Positions 27,618 through 34,964 of a stretch of 34,964 nt of DNA are shown in pieces; position 1 is the stretch's first letter; the number at the start of each line of letters is the position of its first letter. The position numbers and the translations under genes were made by a program. Below the pieces are notes generated by a model. That model saw only the letters and a program-made list of their open reading frames with translations. It was not told the DNA's origin and did no database searches. The DNA lies in the NCBI GenBank assembly GCA_965365555.1, contig CBDUCC010000002.1, positions 1-34,964 of the forward strand, given 5' to 3'. This DNA comes from an uncultured Myxococcales bacterium (GTDB taxonomy: Bacteria > Myxococcota_A > Polyangia > Polyangiales > Houyiibacteriaceae).

Positions 27618-28676
27618 CTAGGAGCGCTTCGATGTCCCTGGGATTCGCCCGTCGAGGACATCACTCAACAGGTTGGCCGCAAACCCGACCAGAGGCACGT
27701 ACTTCCGGTAATCCATCCGCGTGGGCCCGACGATACCGAACGAGCCCACGCTCGATCCATCCCGGCGGTATGGGCTCGAGATCACGCTGATGTCCCGGAC
27801 GTCCTGTAAAGCCGCCTCTGAGCCGATGAACACTTGAACACCATCGGCCATCAAAGTCTGCTCGAGCAGCTCGAGGAGCTTTTGCTTCTCCTCGAAGGCG
27901 CTCAGATAGCCGCGAATCTTCTCCGCGTCGCCAAACTCGGGCCGGTCGAACAAGGCGCCCTGTCCCTCGATGACGACCTGTGTTGGTTCCGTCTGCCCCT
28001 CGACGGTCGCTTCGACCATCTCGCGCGCGTGCTTTCGAAGCACGTGGTACTGGCCTTCTTCGTGGGCCAGCCGAACCGCCAGTCGGTCTCGCACGCCGCG
28101 AAGCGTATTCCCCTGCACCAAGTCGCCGAGGTAGTTGTTGACGCGTTCGAGGGTGTGATCATCGATTTGCAGCTCGGTGACTACGACGCGGTTTTCGACG
28201 CTTCCCGATCGGGTCACCAGGACCGCGAGGGTTCGTCCCTCGGCGAGCCGCATGAAGCGTAGCTGCGCGAGGGGCGCTTCCACCACCGGCTGCTGTGCGA
28301 TGATCGCCGCCGTCCCCGTGAGCCGGCTGAGGATCTGTCCGGTCTCTCGCACGGCATCCGCTCCAGGCTCCAAGTCCGCGAGCCGCTGCATGAGTGCGGC
28401 CCGATGGGCTTGAGAGATCTCGCCTGCTGTCGCCATCGCATCGACGAAGGAGCGAAAGCCGGCATCGGTGGGCACGCGCCCCGCGCTGGTGTGAGGCTGG
28501 TGAAGGAGCTCCGCGTCCTCGAGATCGGCGAGCACGTTTCGAATCGTCGCTGGCGAGAGCTGCACGGCGTACCGCTTCGCGATCCGTCGCGAACCCACCG
28601 GTCTGCCCGAAGCGATGTACTCGGTCACCACGGCGAAGAGGATTCGTCGGTGGCGCTCGTCCAATGTCACGGTCAC
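27618..28676 (-). CDS. hrcA: Heat-inducible transcription repressor HrcA
   Basis: Winged-helix N-terminus (LDERHRRILFAVVTEYIASGRPVGSRRIAKRY) and HrcA C-terminal blocks (IGSEA, GIVGPTRMDY). The start is ambiguous among GTG 28676, GTG 28670 and TTG 28664. Confidence 0.92.
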   Translation of the reverse strand: MTVTLDERHRRILFAVVTEYIASGRPVGSRRIAKRYAVQLSPATIRNVLADLEDAELLHQPHTSAGRVPTDAGFRSFVDAMATAGEISQAHRAALMQRLADLEPGADAVRETGQILSRLTGTAAIIAQQPVVEAPLAQLRFMRLAEGRTLAVLVTRSGSVENRVVVTELQIDDHTLERVNNYLGDLVQGNTLRGVRDRLAVRLAHEEGQYHVLRKHAREMVEATVEGQTEPTQVVIEGQGALFDRPEFGDAEKIRGYLSAFEEKQKLLELLEQTLMADGVQVFIGSEAALQDVRDISVISSPYRRDGSSVGSFGIVGPTRMDYRKYVPLVGFAANLLSDVLDGRIPGTSKRS

Positions 28677-28685
28677 GCTCGCATG

Positions 28686-28713
28686 AAGTTAAAAGCTTGG
28701 CACCGGCTGTCAA
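28686..28713 (-). promoter_or_regulatory. Candidate sigma70-type promoter for hrcA-grpE-dnaK
   Basis: On the minus strand: TTGACA (28713-28708), 16-nt spacer, TAACTT (28691-28686). This lies about 10 nt upstream of the first candidate hrcA start, implying a very short or absent leader. Motif match only. Confidence 0.3.
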
Positions 28714-28771
28714 GGGCGGCGGCATCGACAGAAAATTGCCCTCCTCCAGACCTCTGCGGCAGGCTCCGGCC

Positions 28772-29056
28772 ATGCGACCGAGCGCAGCCCTGCTTCCGTT
28801 CAGTCTGATGGTCATGGCGATCATGACCGTGCCGACCCTGGTTCTCGACGAACAGGGGCTTCCTCGCTACCGGCATCTGCGCGCAGAGGTCGAGGAGCTT
28901 CGAGGCGCCAACGAGGAGCTCGCTCACGAGATCGCCGACCTGAAGCGCGAAATCGAGGCGCTCCGCGCCGACCCGAGCTACGTCGAGCGCATCGCCCGAG
29001 ACGAGCTCGGGATGGTCCGGGAGGAAGAGCTCGTCTTCCAGTTCCCTGCCCGATAG
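28772..29056 (+). CDS. ftsB: Septum formation initiator (FtsB/DivIC) family protein
   Basis: 94 aa: a single N-terminal TM (LLPFSLMVMAIMTVPTLVL), a coiled coil (RAEVEELRGANEELAHEIADLKREIEAL) and the family C-terminal block DPSYVERIARDELGMVREEE. The start is trimmed from the 28394 track ORF, whose 5' part is antisense to hrcA. Confidence 0.65.
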   Translation: MRPSAALLPFSLMVMAIMTVPTLVLDEQGLPRYRHLRAEVEELRGANEELAHEIADLKREIEALRADPSYVERIARDELGMVREEELVFQFPAR

Positions 29057-29125
29057 GTGGGCAGTCGCCTTACATTCGAGCGGTTTTCTTGCTGAACGAA
29101 TGGCCGTAGGCGTACCACCGGCTTG

Positions 29126-31213
29126 ATGACCGCCCTCGTTCAGGCAGCGCTCCGCGTACGCCGTACCGCGAGGTCGGCCTGGGGTCTCGGCGCCGCGTGT
29201 TTGCTGGGCGCCTTCCTGTTCGCGGGCTTCTTCACGACTGGCCAGCATTCGGTCGGCTGGGAGCACGCCGCATGGGCGCTCGCCTGGGTTGCGCTGCTGA
29301 GCCTGCGCGCGCTCGCCGCTCGGCGGCTCGGCACCGACTCCCGGTCGTCGTTCGAGCTCGGCGTCATCCTTCTCGTGGGTGTATTCGCGCTCGTGCAGCT
29401 CCGCGGCGGCATCGACAGTCCCATCAACCCACTCAGCTACGTGGCCGTCGCCTTGGTTGCCTCGTTCGCCTCGGGCTGGGCAGGCTGGGCGCTCATCGCC
29501 GTCTCGGTTGCGCTGGCGCTCGGCACCGCGGTCTTCGGTGAAGGTATTCGCGATCCGTGGACTCTCGGGTTGAACGCATTCTTTCTCGGCGCGTTCGGCG
29601 CTCTCAGCCACGTGTTCACCCGTGTGGAGATCGCCCGTGTTCGCCGGGAGTCCGCGCTTCAGCTCGCCGCTCAACAGGAGAAGGTGCGCGATGACATGCG
29701 CCTCTTTCGCTTGGTAGCTCCCTCCTCCGATGGGGTGCGGGACGAGGAGCGGCTCTATCAGACCAGTGTGCAAGAGGTGCGGCAGGCCCTCTACCATGCA
29801 CTTCAACTGCTCCACCAGACACTGCAGCTTCACACCTGCATCTTGTTGATGCCCACGCACGAGGGCGAGCAGCTTCGCATCGCCGAGCTCGTGACACGAA
29901 GCGACGACGTCGGCGATGGACCCTTCGCGCTCGGCGCCGGGGCCGTGGGCGCAGCGGTGCGTCGTCGCCTTACGACCAATTTGGCCCAAATTCGGCCCGG
30001 TTACGGCGGAATTTGCTACTATCGAGGCCCTGCCGCCGTCAGCTCTTTCATCGCGGTGCCCGTGCTCGAGCGAGGACATCTTCGTGCTGTCCTTTGCGCG
30101 GATCGCATCTCGGACGAGCCCTTCAGCCCGCGCGAAGAAGAGCTCCTTCGGGACAGCACGTCACACATCCTTCGCGCATTCGAGAACGAGCGCGTCTTCA
30201 TGGCGCTCGAAACCTCGAAGCGCGAGCAAGAGCTCCTCTACCGCGCGTCGCAGACACTCAGTACGGCGCTCACTCCCGACTCCGTCATGGAGGTCGGGCT
30301 CACCGCAGCTGCCGAGATCGCGGCGCACGACTTCGCCGCCATTACGGAGTACCAACCCGAAGGACGGCGGCACATCGTCAAGCGTGCGCTCGGTGCGCAG
30401 GCGCTCGATCTCCAAGGCCTGCGGTTCCGGGACAACAACTCCCTGACCGCCATGGTGGTGAAGAACCGACACTACCTTCCGTACCGCGGCGAGTTCGATT
30501 CAAAGCAGCAGGTGCTCTTCACCAAGAAGGCCAAGCTCAAGGGCATGGAGTCGTTGCTCGTGCTGCCACTGGTCGTTCGAGAAGAGCCGATCGGAACCCT
30601 GATCGTCGCGTCGAGGGAGCCTGCAGCCTTCGCCACCTCCGTGAGGGAGACCCTTCAAGCGCTTGCGAACCAACTAGCGGTGTCGCTCTCCAACGCTCGC
30701 GCCGTTCGGCAACTCGAGGAGCTGGCGACTACCGACGGCTTGACCGGCTGCCTGAACAAGCGCGCGTTTCTCGATCAGCTCGGCCAGAAGCTGATGGCGG
30801 CCCAGCGATTCGGTCGAAAGCTCTCGTTGATCATCACCGATCTCGACCATTTCAAGGCGGTCAACGACACCTATGGGCACGCCACGGGGGACCGCGTGAT
30901 TCAGGAGCTCGGCCGCGTCCTGAAGACGATGAAGCGCGAAACCGATCTCGTCGCACGATTCGGCGGTGAGGAGTTCTGCGTGCTCTGTGAGGAGACCGAT
31001 GCGCGAGGTGCACAGCTGCTGGCCGAGCGGGTCCGAGAGGAGCTTGCCGAGACCGAGCTCCAGACGGAGATCGGTGCGCTCAAGGTCACCGCCTCGCTTG
31101 GAGTGGCAACGTTTCCCGATCACGCCAAGAGCGCCGAGGAGCTGTTCGCGCAGGGGGACAAGGCGCTCTACGCCGCCAAGCACCAGGGCCGTAATCGGGT
31201 CTGCAGCGTCTAG
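29126..31213 (+). CDS. Membrane-anchored tandem-GAF diguanylate cyclase (GGDEF)
   Basis: About 5-6 N-terminal TM helices and two GAF-like regions. GGDEF domain with active site GGEEF (30962-30976) and I-site RETD five residues upstream (30935-30946). The ATG at 29126 is preferred over the adjacent TTG at 29123. Confidence 0.88.
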   Translation: MTALVQAALRVRRTARSAWGLGAACLLGAFLFAGFFTTGQHSVGWEHAAWALAWVALLSLRALAARRLGTDSRSSFELGVILLVGVFALVQLRGGIDSPINPLSYVAVALVASFASGWAGWALIAVSVALALGTAVFGEGIRDPWTLGLNAFFLGAFGALSHVFTRVEIARVRRESALQLAAQQEKVRDDMRLFRLVAPSSDGVRDEERLYQTSVQEVRQALYHALQLLHQTLQLHTCILLMPTHEGEQLRIAELVTRSDDVGDGPFALGAGAVGAAVRRRLTTNLAQIRPGYGGICYYRGPAAVSSFIAVPVLERGHLRAVLCADRISDEPFSPREEELLRDSTSHILRAFENERVFMALETSKREQELLYRASQTLSTALTPDSVMEVGLTAAAEIAAHDFAAITEYQPEGRRHIVKRALGAQALDLQGLRFRDNNSLTAMVVKNRHYLPYRGEFDSKQQVLFTKKAKLKGMESLLVLPLVVREEPIGTLIVASREPAAFATSVRETLQALANQLAVSLSNARAVRQLEELATTDGLTGCLNKRAFLDQLGQKLMAAQRFGRKLSLIITDLDHFKAVNDTYGHATGDRVIQELGRVLKTMKRETDLVARFGGEEFCVLCEETDARGAQLLAERVREELAETELQTEIGALKVTASLGVATFPDHAKSAEELFAQGDKALYAAKHQGRNRVCSV

Positions 31214-31217
31214 CAGC

Positions 31218-31703
31218 TCAGAGCTGCCGAGTGGCGAGCGTGTCTGGGTCGAGCATCCACTGCGCCCGACCCCGCCCGGCGTTGACCTCGATCAGGCAGA
31301 CCTCCGACGTTCGGAACGATGGTGTCCGTTCGAGCCCGGCGAGCTGGGAGGCCAGCATCCCGACCCTCGGCATGTGGGTCACCATCAGGATCAACGCCTC
31401 CTCGGAGGATTCGTCGACCGGTGCGAGGGCCTGGGCCGTGGTCCCCTGCTCATTCGCAAGGGGCCGATGCACGCGCACGACTCCCTCGAAGCCGGGCTGT
31501 GCTTCGACCAGAACCTCTGCGGTTTGCACCGCTCGGACCAGCGGACTCGTCAGCACTGTCGTGAACCGAAGGTCCATGCGAGCCAAGGTTTCGCCGACGG
31601 CCCGCGCGGTTGCCCTTCCCGCGGCGGTCAGCCATCGCTCCGCATCGGAGGAGACGCTCCGTGCATTCACCGCTTCCGCATGTCGGACGAGCAGAACACG
31701 CAT
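31218..31703 (-). CDS. sixA: Phosphohistidine phosphatase SixA
   Basis: 161 aa. Histidine-phosphatase RHAEA motif at the N-terminus, SPLVRAVQTAE and a THMPRVG block, colinear with E. coli SixA. Confidence 0.8.
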   Translation of the reverse strand: MRVLLVRHAEAVNARSVSSDAERWLTAAGRATARAVGETLARMDLRFTTVLTSPLVRAVQTAEVLVEAQPGFEGVVRVHRPLANEQGTTAQALAPVDESSEEALILMVTHMPRVGMLASQLAGLERTPSFRTSEVCLIEVNAGRGRAQWMLDPDTLATRQL

Positions 31704-31724
31704 GGGATCAACTTGCCACGGGAC

Positions 31725-33185
31725 CTAGCGCTCGTCCCGTGGTCGGTGCGCGGAAAGCGCGAAGGATTCCTCCGGGGCGAGGACCAGTCGTCGCCGGGCG
31801 TAGAGTGCGAACCAGAGCAGGCCGAGCCCGTACCAGACAGCCGCGCCGATCACGACCTTTTGGTAGACGGGATCGGTCACGAAGAGCGCCACCAAGGTGA
31901 CGAGTGCAATCAGAAGGGCCACGACGGCACCCGGTACGCCGAGCGGGCTTCGATACGGACGCTCGATCTCGGGCAACCGGAGCCGCAATAGGATGAACGA
32001 CAGCATCTGAAGCGCATAGGCGATCACGGCGCCAAACACCGCCATGTTCAGCAGCACCGCGCCTACCGGGTGCTCCGGACCGAGCGCGTGGATTCCGTAG
32101 GCGACCGCGTACCCGAGCGCGGCGCCTACCAGCAGGGCCACGTGCGGCGTCTGCCTGCGGGCGTGCGTTCGGGAGAGCCAGCGGGGGAAGTAGCCGGCCC
32201 GGGACAGCGAGAAGATCTGCCTTCCATAGGCGAAGATGATGCTGTGGAAGCTCGCGACCAGCCCGGTCACCGCAACCAATGCGAGGAGCTTTGCGCCGAG
32301 TCCTGCGCCGAAGATCGTCTTGAAGCCCTCGAACAAGGGCTCGGCCGAGTCGCCCAGGCCTGCCGCGCCCGGTGCGATTCCGCTGTTCAGGAAGAGGGTC
32401 AGGAACGCCGCGATGACCAGGGTGAGGAGCCCATAGAGCAGACCGCGCGGTAGATCCCGTGCCGGGGTGTGGGCCTCCTCGGCAGCCAGCGGAAGCTGCT
32501 CGATGGCGAGGAAGAACCAGATCGCGAATGGCAGCGCGGAGAGCAGGCCGCGCGGCCCCTCGGGAAGCCAGGGCGTACGCCCTCGTGCGGGCTCGATGTT
32601 CAGCAGCCAGGCGAGATCGAAGTGGGGAATGGCGGCGATCCAGAACACGACGAGAACTCCGAGCGCCAGCACCGTGATCAGCACGGTGAACCGGAATGTG
32701 ATCTCGACGCCGGCGACGTTGAGGCCAACGAATACGGCATAGGCGGCCAACCACCAGAGCGGCTCTGCGCTCGCGGGCGTACCGAAGATCGCGCCGAGAT
32801 ACCCTCCAATGCCGACAACGATCACCGCTGGCGTGAGGATGTACTCCATGTTCTCCGCAAGGCCGGTGACGTAGGCGCCCCAGGGGCCCATCGCCGAGCG
32901 CGCGAAGGAGTACGCGCCGCCCGTGTGGGGGAGCGCGGCGGCCATTTCGGCGATGCTGAAACAGAGGCCGGCGTACATCACGGTGATGATCGCGGTGGCA
33001 GCCAGCAGTCCGCCAAAGCCGCCCGCCGCCAGACCGAAATTCCAGCCGAAGAAGTCTCCCGAGATCACAGCACCCACACCAAGAGCCCAGAGCGACCAGA
33101 CGCCTGCGTATCGTCGCAGGCCGCGCTCGCGGAAGTACTCGTCGGTGACGCGATCGTACTCGACTCCTCGACCCTCGTTCGTCAT
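31725..33185 (-). CDS. APC-family amino acid/ethanolamine permease
   Basis: 486 aa, about 12 TM. Ethanolamine-permease-like N-terminal block (GVWSLWALGVGAVISGDFFGWNFGL...PHTGGAYSFA). Confidence 0.85.
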   Translation of the reverse strand: MTNEGRGVEYDRVTDEYFRERGLRRYAGVWSLWALGVGAVISGDFFGWNFGLAAGGFGGLLAATAIITVMYAGLCFSIAEMAAALPHTGGAYSFARSAMGPWGAYVTGLAENMEYILTPAVIVVGIGGYLGAIFGTPASAEPLWWLAAYAVFVGLNVAGVEITFRFTVLITVLALGVLVVFWIAAIPHFDLAWLLNIEPARGRTPWLPEGPRGLLSALPFAIWFFLAIEQLPLAAEEAHTPARDLPRGLLYGLLTLVIAAFLTLFLNSGIAPGAAGLGDSAEPLFEGFKTIFGAGLGAKLLALVAVTGLVASFHSIIFAYGRQIFSLSRAGYFPRWLSRTHARRQTPHVALLVGAALGYAVAYGIHALGPEHPVGAVLLNMAVFGAVIAYALQMLSFILLRLRLPEIERPYRSPLGVPGAVVALLIALVTLVALFVTDPVYQKVVIGAAVWYGLGLLWFALYARRRLVLAPEESFALSAHRPRDER

Positions 33186-33232
33186 GGCGCGGAGTGTAGC
33201 GGTTTGGCAGGACTGGCGATAAGGTTCCCGCC

Positions 33233-34153
33233 ATGCTGTCGATCGATCTCAGCGGGAAGCGCGCATTCGTCGCCGGCGTTGCCGACGATGGAGGGTTCGG
33301 GTTCGCCATCGCCAAAGCGCTCGCCGAGGCCGGTGCCTCGGTATGCGTTGGCACCTGGCCACCCGCGCTCGGGATCTTCGAGACTCTACTTCGGCGGGGT
33401 AAGCTCGACGCGTCGCTCCAGCTTTCCGATGGGAGCAAGCTCGAGCTCGAGCGCATCTATCCACTCGACGCCGAGTACGACATGCTGGGCGATGCACCCG
33501 AGGATATTCGGATGCAGAAGCGCTACCGTGACCGCGGCGACTTCAGCATCGAAGGAGTCGCGAAGCAGCTCTCGGCAGACTTCGGAGACAACTGCCTCGA
33601 CATCGTCATCCACAGCCTCGCGAACGGGCCCGAGGTGACCCGGCCTCTGATGGAGACCACCCGTGCCGGCTATCTGGCTGCGCACGGGGCGAGCGCCTAC
33701 TCGATGGTTTCGCTCGCGCAGCGCCTCCAGCCGCTGATGCGACCCGGGGGCTCGTTCCTGGGGCTGACGTATCTCGCAAGCCGCGGAGTGGTTGCCGACT
33801 ACGGCGGAGGCATGGCCTCCGCGAAGGCCGCCCTCGAGACCGACGCCCGGATGCTGGCCTTCGAGATGGGGCGACGCTGGGGCCATCGCGTGAATCTCAT
33901 CTCGGCCGGCCCCTATGCCTCGCGTGCCGCCTCGGCGATTGGTTTCATTCACAAGATGATCGCCTACTACGAGCTCAACGCGCCGCTCCCCGACGCGCTT
34001 CGGGCCGACGAGGGCGCGAACGCTGCGGCCTTCCTGTGTAGCCCCCTCGCCAGTGGGATCACCGGCACGGTCCTCTACGTCGACAAGGGCTACCACGCGA
34101 TGGCGGCGCCTGCGGACGTCGAGGGCTTGGTCGACGCGCTGACCCAGGACTAG
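33233..34153 (+). CDS. fabI: Enoyl-[acyl-carrier-protein] reductase (NADH), long plant/chlamydial-type FabI
   Basis: Near-colinear with plant plastid ENR as remembered: GKRAFVAGVADDGGFGFAIAKALAEAGA, VGTWPPALGIFETLLRRGKLD, HSLANGPEV, and the catalytic Tyr/Lys in DYGGGMASAKAALE. Confidence 0.88.
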   Translation: MLSIDLSGKRAFVAGVADDGGFGFAIAKALAEAGASVCVGTWPPALGIFETLLRRGKLDASLQLSDGSKLELERIYPLDAEYDMLGDAPEDIRMQKRYRDRGDFSIEGVAKQLSADFGDNCLDIVIHSLANGPEVTRPLMETTRAGYLAAHGASAYSMVSLAQRLQPLMRPGGSFLGLTYLASRGVVADYGGGMASAKAALETDARMLAFEMGRRWGHRVNLISAGPYASRAASAIGFIHKMIAYYELNAPLPDALRADEGANAAAFLCSPLASGITGTVLYVDKGYHAMAAPADVEGLVDALTQD

Positions 34154-34964
34154 GCCGCAGCTTCGTGCTGAGCCGTCGGGCGGATGCTGCTGGTCTCAGC
34201 GGCAACCTCGAGCTTTGCGACGAAGCGACGTTCCGTCCGCACACGGCCTTCGAGCCAGGGCGAAAGTCCTCGCATGAGAGCACGCGCCGAAGAGTGACGC
34301 CCCGATGGGTTTCGGCTCATCAGCTTCGCGACGAGAAGATCCATCTCGTCCCCGATCTGGGGTGCGTAGAGCCTCAGTCTCGGAGCGTCGTGCCCGATGA
34401 TCGATCGAAGCACCGCGGTGACGTCGGGACCTGTGAAGGGCAGCTTTCCGGTGAGCGCTTCGAACATCGTGACGCCGACCCCGAAGAGGTCCGCCCGGGC
34501 GTCGACGTACGGGTTTCCGCTCGCCTGCTCCGGCGATGCGTAACTCGGGGTGCCATAGACCCGCCCGCGCTCGCGTTCGCGTTCCTCGGACGGTGCGGTT
34601 TCTGCGGCACAGACTCCGAAATCGAGCAGGTGCAGGTCGAGCTCCCCGTACGGTCCCCGGTTGAGCAGGATGTGCTCTGGCTTGATGTCGCGATGGACGT
34701 AGCCGTGCCGGTGAACGCTGTGGAGCACGGACGACAGGCGGGCCATGATCGCGGCGACTTCCTCCGGGTGCAGGGGTCCGCATCGGCGAAGGTAGCTCGA
34801 CAGGCTTTCCGAGCGCATGTGCTTCATGACGAGGTATGGCGAGCCGTCGTACAGCGTTCCGTGATCGAGAACCGGTACGATTCCAGGGTGAAACACCCGC
34901 CGGGCAACCTCGACCTCACGGCGAACCCGGCTCATCAGGTCGGGATTTCCGCAGTGCGCAGGCC
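34150..34964 (-). CDS. Ser/Thr protein kinase, partial (N-terminus lies beyond the window edge)
   Basis: Hanks kinase subdomains: catalytic loop HRDIKPEHILL, DFG and SPE (APE-like). The reading frame stays open upstream of the first listed Met to position 34964, and the Gly-loop/VAIK regions are missing, so the CDS continues off-window. Confidence 0.85.
   Translation of the reverse strand, partial: PAHCGNPDLMSRVRREVEVARRVFHPGIVPVLDHGTLYDGSPYLVMKHMRSESLSSYLRRCGPLHPEEVAAIMARLSSVLHSVHRHGYVHRDIKPEHILLNRGPYGELDLHLLDFGVCAAETAPSEERERERGRVYGTPSYASPEQASGNPYVDARADLFGVGVTMFEALTGKLPFTGPDVTAVLRSIIGHDAPRLRLYAPQIGDEMDLLVAKLMSRNPSGRHSSARALMRGLSPWLEGRVRTERRFVAKLEVAAETSSIRPTAQHEAAA

Noticed and set aside
28698-28713. 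Sigma54-like TGGCAC on the plus strand upstream of the ftsB-like gene.
   Set aside because: No TTGC(-12) element lies at the required spacing (TGGCAC CGGCT GTCAA). The same bases are better explained as the complement of a TTGACA -35 box for hrcA.
33203-33222. Sigma54-like TTGGCAGGACTGGCGATAAGG in the 47-bp permease/fabI divergent spacer.
   Set aside because: The GG and GC elements are one base too close, and the -12 region does not match TTGCW. This is indistinguishable from chance in GC-rich DNA.
1-34964. Search by eye for tRNA/rRNA genes, CRISPR repeat arrays, IS elements, integrases, phage genes or toxin-antitoxin/defence modules.
   Set aside because: All intergenic spacers are at most about 195 bp. 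None shows tRNA-like cloverleaf potential or direct-repeat periodicity, and no ORF has transposase, integrase or nuclease signatures. The window looks like core chromosome, with no visible compositional island.

Overview
GC-rich bacterial chromosomal window, tightly packed with about 30 protein-coding genes. By eye there are no rRNA or tRNA genes, CRISPR arrays, transposases or integrases. The gene content suggests a Myxococcota-like organism, but that is only an inference (MXAN-type MbnP/MbnH pair, esg-like branched-chain keto-acid dehydrogenase, Ser/Thr kinase, many alternative start codons).

Layout, left to right:
1. Minus-strand, translationally coupled K+/cation module at 28-7938: CPA2-like membrane protein, TrkA, TrkH, then a CPA2-like antiporter fused to a ~780-aa helical tail. 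A TetR gene sits 65 bp upstream.
2. Plus-strand string at 8864-14178: lipA, 2-oxoacid dehydrogenase E1alpha/E1beta/E2, mutY.
3. Minus-strand ABC-2 exporter pair and a metallophosphoesterase.
4. Plus-strand serS-murB.
5. A 9.1-kb minus-strand co-directional string at 28676-19554: hrcA-grpE-dnaK running by a GTGA overlap into a RegB/RegA-type redox two-component system, followed by a small CxxC outer-membrane barrel, an orphan secreted protein and an MbnP/MbnH copper-protein pair.
6. An FtsB-like gene, a membrane GAF-GAF-GGDEF cyclase, sixA, an APC permease, a plant/chlamydial-type fabI and a 5'-truncated Ser/Thr kinase.

The two strongest candidates for undescribed biology are the RegBA-barrel-orphan-MbnPH cluster (including a His-rich periplasmic loop in the kinase) and the RCK-less CPA2 paralogs around a single TrkA, one of which carries a giant uncharacterised cytoplasmic domain. 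All functional calls rest on motif recognition in the supplied translations. No database search was possible.
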